Positions 42,739 to 54,437 are shown, numbered from the stretch's first letter. The stretch: 64,000 nucleotides of DNA from Nitrospirota bacterium (GCA_963845065.1 CAWJQQ010000002.1:64001-128000), one strand, 5' to 3'. Translations and numbers: made by a program. Notes: generated by a model not told the origin, from the sequence alone.

Positions 42739-44422
42739 CTGACCTACCCCATGTCTAAAGACAGGGGGTTCAAACGGCAATACCGACAGGCTCTCCGGCA
42801 ACAATACAGACATTGCCGGCCTCGACTGTCGTTGATCCGCCTTTAACGGGCGAGCAGCTCTGTCTCCGGTTCATGGTGTTAGCTCTCTTGTTGTCAATAC
42901 CGAAGCTGGCCGGATGAATTCGGCCATTTGCCGCTTCATGCTGCACCCTCAACACCGCCCGTTCCAGGAGCAGGTTTGCACCCGGCCAGGCTGCTAAAGC
43001 CTGGCGCGTGTCGAGGGCATTTTCAAAAACATATTTTGCAAGATATGCGGAGTAGAGATCGCGTTGAGTGTTTACCCCACAACTGCAGGCATGCCACCGT
43101 TGAGATAGCAGTTTTTTGGCTACTTCCCCGCAGTGGCATGTCTCTGAAAGCTTTGTGCTCCGGGTAGAAAATTCAGTTACTTTACCGCCAGCGTTTTCGG
43201 CTTTGCGGCGAAGCATCGAAATAAACATCCCCGGAGCGCGTCGTGAAATGCTTTTGCCATAGAGTTTCTGAAATGCTTTGTACGACAGTTTCTCGGTCTT
43301 TATGTTGGTTCCGAGCTTAAGAATTTTATTGGCTAACTTGCCATGAGCTCGTTTTCTGGTTTCAGCCAAAACTCGCTGTAGCTCGGCTAGTTCAGCCTTA
43401 AGCGCAATGTATTTGGCGGATAATATCCACCGCTTTTTACCCTTGCCGGCACCAGTCTTAGTCGTGCCGTCTTCGTTGTAGTTGTCTGGGTTGGTAGCAC
43501 GAAGGCTTCTGGCCATCTTGCGCTGAACGGTTTTGATACGTTTAAACGGTATCTCGACTTCGGGGCAGAATTCGAGAAGCAAAGCATCAGTATCGCCAAC
43601 AATGGCTGACGTGGACGGGCCAATGTCAAGGCCAACGGTTTCGGTGCCAATCTGGTTCTCACGCTTGATCCTAGCCGTGCCTTTAAGCACAAGTTGGGCA
43701 AACCAGCGGGGATTGCCGCGGATAGTTTTCTTGACCAGACGAACGTACTTGACATCATGGCTAAGCGCATGTGCCTGAACGCCAAACTTGTCTTTTTTGT
43801 CGAAGACACAGGTGAGACGAAGGCCAGTCCACTCCACATGGTCATCGCACCACCGAATACCGGACTTGTTGTTTTTGCCTTCAAGGGACGACATCCAGCC
43901 ATGGCGCTTGAAACGTGGTTTGCCATGCTTCCCGAACTCGTAGTCAGCGACGGCGTTATATGACTCTGAGATCGCTATCTTCTGGGCGGTCAGGCTGTCA
44001 ATGTGCTCACTGATCCAGCAGGAATTGCGGAGGATACCGACGTAGTTATGAAGGTGGTATTCGGTATATTCAGCTATGTTTCTGGCTGTCTTGAACATTT
44101 TAGCGCGTAGCCTGCTCTTTTTCTTCTTGATCGCTAAACGCCATTTTTTAGAGCTACGCATGGCGGCAAGACGTTTCATCGCTTCACCAAGACAGGCATT
44201 ATATAGATAACGACCGGCTTCGAGTCGGACATTAAGCATTCGATTGTCTTTTGGGGTTGTTACGAGTTGAAACTCGTGGATAAATGTTGGAGTTTTAAGT
44301 TTATCTGGCATTGATTGTTCAACTATACCATATAGATATACATTTGTCTAGCAATTGCTGAAAAACAAAGTTCCCGCATTCATCCCCATGGTTAAAACCA
44401 GGGGCTTTCTGCGGATAGTTTG
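42739..44422 (-). mobile_element. IS200/IS605-family tnpB-only element, copy 2
   Basis: TTAC target (44426-44423); left end identical to copy 1; right end GAACCCCCTGTCTTTAGACATGGGGTAGGTCAG. Confidence 0.9.
42770..44311 (-). CDS. tnpB: RNA-guided endonuclease TnpB
   Basis: Close paralog of 5154-6689 with RuvC D/E/D and Zn finger intact. Confidence 0.93.
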   Translation of the reverse strand: MPDKLKTPTFIHEFQLVTTPKDNRMLNVRLEAGRYLYNACLGEAMKRLAAMRSSKKWRLAIKKKKSRLRAKMFKTARNIAEYTEYHLHNYVGILRNSCWISEHIDSLTAQKIAISESYNAVADYEFGKHGKPRFKRHGWMSSLEGKNNKSGIRWCDDHVEWTGLRLTCVFDKKDKFGVQAHALSHDVKYVRLVKKTIRGNPRWFAQLVLKGTARIKRENQIGTETVGLDIGPSTSAIVGDTDALLLEFCPEVEIPFKRIKTVQRKMARSLRATNPDNYNEDGTTKTGAGKGKKRWILSAKYIALKAELAELQRVLAETRKRAHGKLANKILKLGTNIKTEKLSYKAFQKLYGKSISRRAPGMFISMLRRKAENAGGKVTEFSTRSTKLSETCHCGEVAKKLLSQRWHACSCGVNTQRDLYSAYLAKYVFENALDTRQALAAWPGANLLLERAVLRVQHEAANGRIHPASFGIDNKRANTMNRRQSCSPVKGGSTTVEAGNVCIVAGEPVGIAV

Positions 44423-44650
44423 GTAAGCAGGGCGTAAACTGTACTGAATTTCCTACAAGGAAATAGGAATTATATATGTGATGGCCAGAACAAAAGCAGC
44501 AAAGCCTGCCACCATATTCACCACGGCGACTATCCAGCCGAGACGCTGCATCCAGAGCCCAAAAAAAAATCCTGCGCCATAACCCGTGATACATCCCAGA
44601 GTTCCCGCGGTGGTTCCGATAAGGAGTGAATTGCGGTCATGGTGACTGCC

Positions 44651-45145
44651 TTAATCGGTCCAGACCTCAAATCCGGTTTTCGTATCGAGGATCAGGGACT
44701 GTTTGGGCATCTGCAGCAATTTGAGCGCGACCCAAATGTCGCCAACTGCGCCAATCGAATTAATTATAAGGCAGAGATCACAAAAAAGATTGAGCACGCC
44801 TCGAGCATACAACAGTATGAACAGGATGTCTAGAAGTACGAACGGCGCCACTGCTATCAGGATTAAGTGATTGCGCGGGATCTTGTGTGCAAAGGTTATA
44901 TACACGAGCGGCGGCTTGAGGCCGAATTGCGGCTTGTGTCCGAGCATTGCCGCGGTCGCGCCGTGGATGGTCTCATGCAGGATAATGACAAGTGTCAATG
45001 AAGCCAAAATCCACGCTCCGAGTATGGGCCTCATTCTGAGATCGATGGCAAGAAATGAGTTTGCCACACCTGCAAGGATTCCCAAAAAAATTGCGGCGAA
45101 GTAGACCCGGGTTCTCGGAAGATTATAATCGCAGATCTTGTGCAA
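44651..45145 (-). CDS. DUF3267-like membrane zincin metalloprotease
   Basis: LHETIHG (HExxH), AVAPF, NSIGAVGD; start uncertain (ORF open to 45334). Confidence 0.75.
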   Translation of the reverse strand: MHKICDYNLPRTRVYFAAIFLGILAGVANSFLAIDLRMRPILGAWILASLTLVIILHETIHGATAAMLGHKPQFGLKPPLVYITFAHKIPRNHLILIAVAPFVLLDILFILLYARGVLNLFCDLCLIINSIGAVGDIWVALKLLQMPKQSLILDTKTGFEVWTD

Positions 45146-45342
45146 AGGCGTCTCTTGCCTCCCTTTTCTCTTGTTCCTCGTTCTTTGACATCCTCCCCGG
45201 GCCGCTAGGTCCGGGAGAATGTATGAGGTGATGCGGCATAGGGAATACGATGGGCGGGTACAATCCAGGTTCATCGTCTCGTGATTTATCGTGACGAACC
45301 GGCGCCAGTTCCGTGAATGTTCACGAAGGGTCATTCGGAGAG

Positions 45343-46773
45343 TTATTCTAAATATTGTTTTATGTTGATATTCGAAGTATGAGGATTGATGATGCCGACA
45401 ACATTCCGTATATACTTCCCGGCCGTTGTCTCGAGAAGACTGATTTCTGCGCCGGACTCTCTTTCCGAACCGTCGAACTTCGTGAGCAGCAGGATCCTGG
45501 GACGCATGAGATCGCGGGTCTGATGCAGGACAAGACCGACCTCGCCAGTCGAGAGTTTCAGGACAGTGCCGATGGGGAAAATGCCGATCATGTTAACAAA
45601 GGCCTTCACGAGCACCGGATCAAACACTTTCCCTCGCTTTTCCACCAGGATCCGGATAGCCTGGTCCGGAGGCATCTGGACGTTGTAATACACACGGGCT
45701 GCCGTGAGGGCTTCGTAGGAGTCGGCAAGAGAAACAATACGGGAGAACAGATGCTCGTCCGAATGGGTCTCCACATGCGGGTAGCCAGTAACTCCATGCT
45801 GATGGTGTTCGAAAGCCACCACCATCGCGAGTTTAGTCACGTTCGGAATGCCTGATGCGATCAGCGCGCCGTTGACGGGATGCCGCTTGACCTCTAGCCA
45901 TTCTTCATCTGTCAGTTTACCCGGTTTGTTAATGATTTCGAGGGGCACGCGAACTTTGCCGACATCGTGCAGCATCGCGGCAACGCCGAGTGCGGCGATC
46001 TGGGGTTTCTCGAACGACAGGAAGGTCCCGAGAGAGATGGCAAGAATGGACGTGTTGACTGAGTGGGCAAATGTATATTCATCATACATCTTGAGGCTGG
46101 TCAGACCCATGAGGGCGTCACGGTTGTCTAGAACATTATCAACCATGGTTTGGACGACCGTGTTCAGTCTGCGCGTGCTAATCGATTTGTCACGGTGAAC
46201 GCTCTGAACCATGTCTTTTATCGCATCGATCGCATCCAGAAACAATCGCGCAGATTTTTTTTGTTCTTCCTTGATGGCGCTGCCGGTATTCTTATCGACG
46301 AGCAGCACGCGGTGGAGGTCGATATGGGAGATATTCTCACGGCCTGCAATCTCCATGACGCCACCCTCTGCAGCAATCGTCTCAGGCTCCTTGCTCATCA
46401 GTACTGCCAGTCTGATGAGCTCTGCAGCAGTTAGCTCCGGTTTAAAAACGATTCCTCCGATTTCACGGCTGATAAATTGCTCCATGAGCAGAGAGACGCT
46501 TTGGTCGAGCGGAACGGAGTGGGTCTCAAAAAATAATTCTCCGGACACGAGGTAGAACGCGACCTCTTTCCTTCCGACCAGCAGTCCCTCAAGAGTGGCA
46601 AGAAGCTTGTTAGCCAGGGCAAGCAGGAAGGGGTGCGATTCGGGATAGATGGTAACGTTTTTCATCAAGCCCGACATCTGCTGAAACGCGGTCTTGGCCG
46701 TGCCAAGCAGCAATTGTCTTGCGAAAAAGGATTGCCTCGCCTCGCCGCGGCTATCGCTTTTCTGGTCCGCCAT
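45343..46773 (-). CDS. HD-GYP domain c-di-GMP phosphodiesterase
   Basis: YTFAHSVN, LHDVGK, EHH..GYP, ADSYEALT..RVY. Confidence 0.92.
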   Translation of the reverse strand: MADQKSDSRGEARQSFFARQLLLGTAKTAFQQMSGLMKNVTIYPESHPFLLALANKLLATLEGLLVGRKEVAFYLVSGELFFETHSVPLDQSVSLLMEQFISREIGGIVFKPELTAAELIRLAVLMSKEPETIAAEGGVMEIAGRENISHIDLHRVLLVDKNTGSAIKEEQKKSARLFLDAIDAIKDMVQSVHRDKSISTRRLNTVVQTMVDNVLDNRDALMGLTSLKMYDEYTFAHSVNTSILAISLGTFLSFEKPQIAALGVAAMLHDVGKVRVPLEIINKPGKLTDEEWLEVKRHPVNGALIASGIPNVTKLAMVVAFEHHQHGVTGYPHVETHSDEHLFSRIVSLADSYEALTAARVYYNVQMPPDQAIRILVEKRGKVFDPVLVKAFVNMIGIFPIGTVLKLSTGEVGLVLHQTRDLMRPRILLLTKFDGSERESGAEISLLETTAGKYIRNVVGIINPHTSNINIKQYLE

Positions 46774-48847
46774 CGACCTGCCTCCTCGTGATTTCAGTCA
46801 TTGCCCGCATTGCCGCGACCCGGAGCTCCACCTGGAGTTTCCGCGGCTTCCACCACCGGACTCGAGTGAATCCTTTGAGCACATCCCCGGCAGAGGGGCC
46901 TCCGACCTTCCCCAGCGCCCTGATGGCCTCCAGCGTAAGTTGATGCTCCTTTTTGCTGAGAGAACGTTCTTGCAGGTATTCAATGAGGGGTTTTGTATCC
47001 TCAACGGTGATGCCCTTTATTTCAGTGAGTCCGTGGATTGCCATCCCCTGGACGACCTCATCCCTGTCTTTTAAAAACTTCGCCAGGATGCTGGCGGCCT
47101 TTCTCCCTCCGATGGTGATGAGGCCCTTGGCAACTTCCTGCCGTATCTTGGCATTTTTGTGGTCTGCTGCCTTCTGCAGAAAGACAATGGCCTGGTCACC
47201 TTTGCTCTCACCGAGGACATTCACGATATTTCGGACCAGGTACCACCGATTATCGGAGAGGTACTCACCGAGCATCGCTAACTGGTTTTTGCCGAATTCC
47301 TTCAGTAAATCGAGAAGTGCGATACGCGAGGCCTTATCGCTATCGTCTGCTAGAAGTTCCAACAGGACTTCGGTGACTTCACGGTCCATTGCCGACAAAT
47401 AGGTATAAGCGGCGGTATATTCAGGGGACCCCTTCGCGTATTTTCTCAGGTCGCCGATCGTTGACGTGATGATGCTTTTGGAAGACGCCTTTTTGCGCGC
47501 CTCGGTCATCCTCGGCATAAAAGCGGGATCCACCGAAGCATGAAAGGCCTTGGTAATGAGCGAGGCGCGGTCATAATCTTTTTTATTCAAAAGGTAACTC
47601 AACATATCTTCGAGCTGCTGGATGACGCTCGAGAAATGGGTGATCTCTTCGTCGTCGGGAGTTGGATGGTGAGGGTCCCTCACATAGGGAATAAGAGAAA
47701 TCTGGGTGCGCACCGCAGCGTCGATAATGTCCGACTCCATGCCAGCGCTGCTCATGGATTTGAGTGTTTCCATCTCCTCCGGGGTGTACTCCGACATTTC
47801 TTTCGCCATCCCGATTATCTCCGCTGTGATAGGGGGGGCGGAAATCTCGGAGGGCGAAGAAGGCGATTGCACCGGCGGCGATATTTTTTTGTTCGTCGAC
47901 CTCTTTAAGAGTACCGCCACCTGTTGAACGGTCCATTCATTCGAGAACCGTCCGGTCAGGAGTTCGTGATACTCACTCGGCACGTCTTCTGCGAGTTCGA
48001 CTTTTCGCTCCTGGACATTTTCGGCATCCATATCACCATATAGTTTGCCGGCAATCAATGCATCACGATAGGGACCTTCAAGGGACAGGGCCGACTGCGC
48101 CAGGCCCGCAAAGAGCAACTCCTGCTGTTCGGGACTGCCATGCTGTATCTTGCGCCCGGCCTCCTGATACAGCGTAAGGAGACGGTCTTCAACGGTTTCG
48201 TTCTTGCCGCGCGTTTTTTTTGCATGCGCTACCATTTCGGCGCCGAACGCGGCGGGATCTGTCTTGAGATCGCCGAGCACAAGTGTGCGGCCGCTATAGG
48301 TTGCAGCTTTAGGCTGGGGGGCTGGCTCAGTCGCGCCGGAACGAGCCGTTTTGGGATCTCCTTCATCCCATGTGCCCCCGGTATCTACCCTAACGACATC
48401 GTCAAGCCCAGCTTCAGTGACTTTGATATTGGATACGCCTTTTTCCCATAGGATCGAGGAAATACCGCTTTTCATCGCCATCTCTTCCATGGATAGAGCG
48501 AGTGCCTGGAACAGGTCCAGCATTTCTTTTGCCGTTACCTCCGCGCAAAAGGTAATGTCCCTGACACCTTTGGTGAAAAGGTCCTGGGCTATGGCCTTGT
48601 TCAACTGTGTGTCCTTCCCGATTGGCGTTCTCATGTAGGTAAAATAGTTTTTTAGGACACCGATGTTATATTCAGGGGTGGTCTCCAGAAATCGGGCGAG
48701 TACTTCATGGGCTTTCTTGACTGCTTGGGAATAGACGGGGTTGTTGGGCGGATAAAGTTTAACTGCCCTCATAGCCGTGATCAGGCTGCGCATCACCTCC
48801 TGGATTTCAGGTGACAGTGTTTCGGATTGTTTGGCATCTTCTTGCAT
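46751..48847 (-). CDS. HEAT-repeat domain protein
   Basis: C-terminal HEAT repeats (WYLVRNIVNVLG, IRQEVAKGL); start at MQED is inferred. Confidence 0.85.
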   Translation of the reverse strand: MQEDAKQSETLSPEIQEVMRSLITAMRAVKLYPPNNPVYSQAVKKAHEVLARFLETTPEYNIGVLKNYFTYMRTPIGKDTQLNKAIAQDLFTKGVRDITFCAEVTAKEMLDLFQALALSMEEMAMKSGISSILWEKGVSNIKVTEAGLDDVVRVDTGGTWDEGDPKTARSGATEPAPQPKAATYSGRTLVLGDLKTDPAAFGAEMVAHAKKTRGKNETVEDRLLTLYQEAGRKIQHGSPEQQELLFAGLAQSALSLEGPYRDALIAGKLYGDMDAENVQERKVELAEDVPSEYHELLTGRFSNEWTVQQVAVLLKRSTNKKISPPVQSPSSPSEISAPPITAEIIGMAKEMSEYTPEEMETLKSMSSAGMESDIIDAAVRTQISLIPYVRDPHHPTPDDEEITHFSSVIQQLEDMLSYLLNKKDYDRASLITKAFHASVDPAFMPRMTEARKKASSKSIITSTIGDLRKYAKGSPEYTAAYTYLSAMDREVTEVLLELLADDSDKASRIALLDLLKEFGKNQLAMLGEYLSDNRWYLVRNIVNVLGESKGDQAIVFLQKAADHKNAKIRQEVAKGLITIGGRKAASILAKFLKDRDEVVQGMAIHGLTEIKGITVEDTKPLIEYLQERSLSKKEHQLTLEAIRALGKVGGPSAGDVLKGFTRVRWWKPRKLQVELRVAAMRAMTEITRRQVDGGPEKR

Positions 48848-48964
48848 ACATCTTATAGAGTATCTCAAAAATAATATTGTGTCAAAGATATTTTGCCAGT
48901 TGTATGTCCCCTTCCCCTCGCGAATTCTCTTTTTCACGACTTGCGGCCTGGGACAGGCTTCACT

Positions 48965-50176
48965 TCAGAGATCCCTGTCCTTGTCGGTTTTTTCTACGCG
49001 TGAACGCACAATACCTTTGTGCAGCTTCGTGCTGAGGTAATCCCCCTCTTTGACCTCGGCAACGTCCTTCAAGACGGTCCCTGTAGTGAAGTTCCGGGTA
49101 ATACTGTAGCCCCGCGCAAGAATAGCGAGCGGGTTCAGGTGGTCGAGGCCCGCCGCCAATGCAGTGAGTCGTTGCCTGTCCCTGCTCACCTGGTGACCAA
49201 TCTCCATCGCCATGCGGTGAACCAGATCATCAAGCCGCTGGCTGAACTGATCCAATCCTCTGCGGGGATCTCCCAGGATGCGCATGTTTTCCCGCAGTGA
49301 CGAACGCACACGCTCAAGCATCTGCCTGACACTTCTAACGAGCCGTGACTCGAGGGCGCCTATAGCGACCCGAAAATTTTCCTCGCTCTCTACCACCATT
49401 TCGGCGGCTGCAGACGGTGTCGGCGCTCGCAGGTCGGAAACGAAGTCTGCGATAGTATAATCCGTCTCATGCCCGACTGCGGAGATGACTGGAAGTCTCG
49501 ATGCATAAATTGCGCGGGCTACGTCTTCTTCATTAAATGCCCAAAGGTCCTCAAGCGACCCGCCCCCGCGGCCGACAATGAGAACGTCCACATTCTGCTC
49601 AAGGTTAAAATAACGAAGCGCTTCGACTATAGCAGGGGCCGCCTCAACACCCTGTACCGGCACGGGATAGAGAAGGATCTGCATTTTTGGATGGCGCCGT
49701 TTAATCACGCGCAACATGTCGCGGATGGCCGCTCCGCTCGGCGACGTAATGATCCCGATGCGCTGCGGAAGGACCGGCAGTGGTTTTTTGTGGTCCAGGT
49801 CGAATAGCCCCTCCTTTTCAAGACGGGCCTTGAGCTGCTCGAAAGCCAGTTGGAGCGCACCGACTCCCTTGGGTTCGATATAGTCGAGGATAAGCTGATA
49901 TTCACCTCGCGGTTCATACACGCTCACGCGTCCGCGGCAGATCACCAGCATGCCATGTTGCAGTGTAAACTTGAGAAACCGCTGTGATGAACGGAATAAG
50001 ACCGCCCTGATCTGGCTCTGCTGGTCTTTGAGAGTAAAATAGGCATGACCGGACTGAGGGATGCTGAGGTTCGATATTTCGCCTTCGACCCAGACATCGG
50101 GAAAAGAACCTTCGAGCAGGCCCTTGATCTGTGAGGTAAGCTGAGTAATGGTTAAGATGTGTGTCGTACTTGACAC
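48965..50176 (-). CDS. xseA: Exodeoxyribonuclease VII large subunit
   Basis: VWVEGEISN, GRGGGSLEDLWAFN, SAVGHETD, TPSAAAE. Confidence 0.97.
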   Translation of the reverse strand: MSSTTHILTITQLTSQIKGLLEGSFPDVWVEGEISNLSIPQSGHAYFTLKDQQSQIRAVLFRSSQRFLKFTLQHGMLVICRGRVSVYEPRGEYQLILDYIEPKGVGALQLAFEQLKARLEKEGLFDLDHKKPLPVLPQRIGIITSPSGAAIRDMLRVIKRRHPKMQILLYPVPVQGVEAAPAIVEALRYFNLEQNVDVLIVGRGGGSLEDLWAFNEEDVARAIYASRLPVISAVGHETDYTIADFVSDLRAPTPSAAAEMVVESEENFRVAIGALESRLVRSVRQMLERVRSSLRENMRILGDPRRGLDQFSQRLDDLVHRMAMEIGHQVSRDRQRLTALAAGLDHLNPLAILARGYSITRNFTTGTVLKDVAEVKEGDYLSTKLHKGIVRSRVEKTDKDRDL

Positions 50177-50196
50177 TTGACCATGCTCCCGGACAC

Positions 50197-50973
50197 TTAT
50201 GAATTTAACTGGATTCTCTCGATCCCGTTAGCCTTCCCTGTTTTTTCATCAATATCGAGGAGCACCGCGTTCAAATGGGTCGGCCCTTTGGGTATCTCGA
50301 ACCTGCGCGGCGTCTGGTAGAGGAATCGCGCTATGGCTTGATCTTTTTTGACGCCGATAACCGAGTCCGTCGGCCCGGTCATCCCTGCGTCAGTGATGAA
50401 GGCAGTGCCTGCGTTTAAAATGCGTTCGTCGGCCGTCTGCACATGGGTGTGGGTCCCGATCACCGCGCTCGCCTTACCGTCAACATGCCAGGCGAGTGCG
50501 ATCTTCTCGGATGTAGCCTCAGCATGAAAATCGATGATCACGACGGGAGTTTCTTTTTTCAGTTTTTCGATTTCGCGCTCGGCGACACGGAAGGGGTTTT
50601 CGAGGCTAGACATGAAGACCCTGCCTTCGAGGTTCAGCACTGCAGCCTTGCCGACCTTCGTGGAGATGACAACGCTTCCGTAACCCGGGTTCCCCGAAGG
50701 ATAATTTGCTGGTCTGATGAGCCTGTCTTGTTTGGTCAGGTAGGGCTCTATCTCCTTTTTGTCCCAGACATGGTTGCCTGAGGTAAGCACGTGGATCCCG
50801 AGCGAGAACAGCTCCTCAGCGATCTCCGACGTGATGCCGAAGCCGCCGGCTGCATTCTCTCCATTAGCGATCACAAGATCAGGTGCATGGCTCTCCGACA
50901 GTGCGCGGATGTTCGCCCGGACCATTTTTCTGCCTGGTTCTCCAATGATGTCTCCGATGAATAAAACCTTCAA
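50197..50973 (-). CDS. YmdB-like metallophosphoesterase (TIGR00282)
   Basis: FIGDIIG, NGENAAGG, SGNH, DFHAEATSEK, GTHTHV. Confidence 0.95.
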   Translation of the reverse strand: MKVLFIGDIIGEPGRKMVRANIRALSESHAPDLVIANGENAAGGFGITSEIAEELFSLGIHVLTSGNHVWDKKEIEPYLTKQDRLIRPANYPSGNPGYGSVVISTKVGKAAVLNLEGRVFMSSLENPFRVAEREIEKLKKETPVVIIDFHAEATSEKIALAWHVDGKASAVIGTHTHVQTADERILNAGTAFITDAGMTGPTDSVIGVKKDQAIARFLYQTPRRFEIPKGPTHLNAVLLDIDEKTGKANGIERIQLNS

Positions 50974-51077
50974 ATAATCTCCCCAACACCATGCCGCGAT
51001 GACGCCGCGACACAAAGTCTAAAAAAAAATTCATGTCGAAGCGCCTTCCTGCTGAAATCCGGTCCGTGCTTCCATGA

Positions 51078-52634
51078 TTATTTCGCGAACTCCACATACC
51101 TGCTTTCGCGAACCACGGTCACCTTGATCTGGCCGGGATAGGACATCTCCTGCTCTATCTTCTTGGCGATATCCCGCGAGAGCTGGGCCGAGTGGGCGTC
51201 AGAAAGGTCCTCAGGCTTCACAATGATCCGGATCTCGCGGCCCGCCTGGATAGCATAGGACTTCTCGACTCCCTTGAAGGAATTCGCAGCCGTTTCGAGC
51301 TGTTCAAGCCTTTTGAGATAGCTCTCAAGCGTTTCGCGCCGCACGCCGGGCCTGCCTGCCGAGAGTGCATCCGCAGCCGCGACCAGCACTGACTCGACGC
51401 AATTCGGCTCGCCATCCCCGTGGTGGGTCAAAATTGCGTTGATCACCTTGGGGTTCTCGCCGTATTTCCTGGCAAGGTCGCCGCCGATCTGGGGATGAGT
51501 CCCCTCTACTTCATGGTCAATTGCCTTGCCCAGATCATGCAGCAGGCCTGCCCGGCGCGCGAGTTTCTGGTCCACACCGCATTCCGCAGCCATGATTCCC
51601 GCGAAGTATGCGACCTCGCGAGAATGCATGAGCACGTTTTGACCGTAGCTCGTCCGGAACCTGAGCCTTCCCAGTGTTTTAATGATCTCGGGGTGAATGT
51701 TATGGAGTCCTAGATCGAAGGCTGCCTTCTCGCCCTCGTCTTTCATGGCAATGTCGAGGTCCTTCTTCACTTTCTCAGCTATCTCCTCGATCCTGGCAGG
51801 ATGGATGCGTCCGTCCTGCATCAAACGCTCAATGGTCATGCGGGCAATCTCGCGCCGGAGCGGATCATAGCAGGACAGGATCACCGCCTCGGGCGTATCG
51901 TCGATGATCAGATCGATCCCCGTTGCCGCTTCGATGGCACGGATGTTCCGGCCTTCCCGTCCGATGATGCGCCCCTTCATCTCATCGTTCGGAAGGTTCA
52001 CGACCGAAACTGTTGCTTCAGCCACATAATCGCTTGCATAACGCTGGATTGCGAGGCTGATTATGTTTTTTGCCTTCTTATCGGCTTCTTCCTTTGCCTC
52101 ATCCTCGATCCGCTTGATGGACTTTGCCGCCTCGAACTTCGCCTCATCCTCCATGGATAACATGAGATGGCGCTTGGCCTCCTCAGCTGTCATGTTCGCG
52201 ATCTTCTCGAGCATTTCGCGCTGTTCGCGCAGGCCCCTGTTAAAGAGTTCCTCTTTTTCAATTGCAACCTTTTCGCGCGCCATGACTTCGCGATCGCGCC
52301 GCAACGCATCCGCCTCGCGCTTGTCGATCAGGTCTACCTTCTTTTCGAGACTCTCTTCCTTCTGGGTGAGCCGACGTTCCTGGTTCTGCAGATCCTGCCG
52401 CTTTTCGCGGGTCTCTTTTTCGAATTCCGCCCGCGCCTGGTAAAACTTATCCTTTGCCTCGAGTACAGACTCCTTGCGTTTGGTCTCGGCTTCGCGCTCG
52501 GCACTGGCAAGGATCCTGACAGCTTCTGCCTCCGCGTCCTTGATTTTTCCTGCAGCCGACTTACTTTTGATCAACAGGCCGATACCGAGTCCGATAACGA
52601 GTCCTACGACCAATAGCATAATATATTCAATCAT
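51078..52634 (-). CDS. rny: Ribonuclease Y
   Basis: N-terminal TM helix, coiled coil, KH ([11 protein letters not shown]), HD (LLHDLGK). Confidence 0.97.
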   Translation of the reverse strand: MIEYIMLLVVGLVIGLGIGLLIKSKSAAGKIKDAEAEAVRILASAEREAETKRKESVLEAKDKFYQARAEFEKETREKRQDLQNQERRLTQKEESLEKKVDLIDKREADALRRDREVMAREKVAIEKEELFNRGLREQREMLEKIANMTAEEAKRHLMLSMEDEAKFEAAKSIKRIEDEAKEEADKKAKNIISLAIQRYASDYVAEATVSVVNLPNDEMKGRIIGREGRNIRAIEAATGIDLIIDDTPEAVILSCYDPLRREIARMTIERLMQDGRIHPARIEEIAEKVKKDLDIAMKDEGEKAAFDLGLHNIHPEIIKTLGRLRFRTSYGQNVLMHSREVAYFAGIMAAECGVDQKLARRAGLLHDLGKAIDHEVEGTHPQIGGDLARKYGENPKVINAILTHHGDGEPNCVESVLVAAADALSAGRPGVRRETLESYLKRLEQLETAANSFKGVEKSYAIQAGREIRIIVKPEDLSDAHSAQLSRDIAKKIEQEMSYPGQIKVTVVRESRYVEFAK

Positions 52635-53970
52635 TCTTTTCCTCCTGGTACCTCTTCTTCAGTCCGGCGAGACGTTCCTTGATTCTCTTTTCCTCACCCT
52701 GATCCGTGGGACGGTAATACTCCCGCATCTGCGGAAGGTAATCCTGGGCCGTGTAGTGGCCCGGGAAATCATGCGGATATTTGTATCCTTTGCCTCTGCC
52801 CAGCCGTTCTGCGCCTTTGTAGTGTGCATCCTTCAGGTGGTCAGGTACCGGCAGAAGGTTCCCTTCCTCCACGTCCTTCATCGCTGCCTTAATCCCGAGG
52901 TAGGCCGCGTTGCTCTTGGGCGCTGAAGCAATGTAGACCGCTGCCTGTGCAAGAGGCAGCGCGCCCTCAGGCATGCCGATCCGTTCTATGGCCTGGAAGG
53001 CGGACGTCGCAACAAACAGTGCGCGCGGGTCGGCATTTCCCACATCCTCGCTCGCGGCGATGACTATCCTCCGGGCGATGAACAAGGGGTCTTCGCCGGC
53101 GTAAATCATCTTCGCCATCCAGTAGAGCGTTGCATCAGGATCGCTGCCGCGCATGCTTTTGATGAACGCGGAAATGGTGTCGTAATGTTCGTCCTCATCA
53201 TAGACAAGCGACTTCTTCTGGATGGACTCTTCGGCAACGTGCAGATCGTAAATGACCGTTCCATCGGGAAGCGGGGCCGTTGACAGCGCACCGATTTCCA
53301 GCGCATTCAGCGCGCGCCGCGCGTCCCCGTTTGATTTTGCAACGATCAGCTCCAGTGCTTCTGGCGTCAATGTTATAGGAAGTTTTCCGAGGCCGCGTTC
53401 CTTGTCGGAAAGCGCACGAAGCAGGAGGGGCTTGATATCCCCGTTGTCGAGCGGTTTGAATTCGAAAATCTGCGAACGGGATGAAAGAGCCGGAATGATC
53501 GCAAAAAACGGGTTCGATGTCGAGGCGCCGATGAGGGTGATGTTCCCACGCTCCACATCGGGTAAGAGTGCATCCTGCTGGACGCGTGTAAAGCGATGGA
53601 TCTCGTCGATGAAGAGCACGGTTCTCTTGCCGCTTCGGCTCCGTTCCAGGGTTGCCTCCTGGGTCACTTTCCGGATATCGGCAACGCCTGCCGTAACTGC
53701 ATTGAGCGACAGGAAATGAGCGCTGCTTCTCCCAGCGATCAGATGCGCGAGCGCGGTTTTACCGACTCCCGGCGGGCCGTAGAAGATGAGTGACATGAAA
53801 CGGTCGGCTTCGATAGCCCTCCGAAGGAGCTTGCCCTCACCAAGGATATGTTTTTGCCCTGCGAACTCTGACAGGTCGCGCGGCCGCATTCTCCATGCAA
53901 GTGGTGATTCCGATGGCTCGACTGTGAGAGATTCAAATTGTGGTTGATTTTTGAGGTTTTTAAGACCCAA
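52627..53970 (-). CDS. rarA: Replication-associated recombination protein A
   Basis: [33 protein letters not shown]. Confidence 0.96.
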   Translation of the reverse strand: MGLKNLKNQPQFESLTVEPSESPLAWRMRPRDLSEFAGQKHILGEGKLLRRAIEADRFMSLIFYGPPGVGKTALAHLIAGRSSAHFLSLNAVTAGVADIRKVTQEATLERSRSGKRTVLFIDEIHRFTRVQQDALLPDVERGNITLIGASTSNPFFAIIPALSSRSQIFEFKPLDNGDIKPLLLRALSDKERGLGKLPITLTPEALELIVAKSNGDARRALNALEIGALSTAPLPDGTVIYDLHVAEESIQKKSLVYDEDEHYDTISAFIKSMRGSDPDATLYWMAKMIYAGEDPLFIARRIVIAASEDVGNADPRALFVATSAFQAIERIGMPEGALPLAQAAVYIASAPKSNAAYLGIKAAMKDVEEGNLLPVPDHLKDAHYKGAERLGRGKGYKYPHDFPGHYTAQDYLPQMREYYRPTDQGEEKRIKERLAGLKKRYQEEKND

Positions 53971-54437
53971 CGTTATGCTTCAGGAGGGCTTACCGGACCA
54001 GCGATAGAGTGGGAGGCGGTTTTGACCAGCTCAGATTCCTAAGGATCCTGGGGTGTTGGCTAACATCTGGGAACATCCTGATATTCCTGGAGATAGCGAA
54101 GAACGACTCGCTGGAAAGACTGTTGTATGCCTGGTCTCCAGAATGTCAATACCCTGTGTTCCCGTTCCGTGTGTATATGTATAAATAATAAACCCCAAGG
54201 TCTCAGTATATTACGTTGCTGGTAAAACAATCGTGTGCGGTCCACAAGGGAGAATCATTTTCAGATTGGTATCTTTTATCTCTTCCTTAGGGAGGTCGCC
54301 ATTACCTTGCACTATCTATCACAAGCGCCGGAGCCATGCTTCCCGCTCCTTTCAAACCTGTGGCGAATCACATTATTATCATAAAATTGATGATTACTAT
54401 GACGCGAGCATGCTGCCTAACATGTCAAAATATTAAA

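Noticed and set aside
42694..42813. N-terminal extension of HrpB
   Set aside because: Translates the IS right end and flank; HrpB-like sequence begins at MISYP.
53975..54435. Decayed 5-formyl-THF cyclo-ligase between 6S RNA and rarA
   Set aside because: No recognisable motifs in the frames inspected; a tblastn search would be needed.
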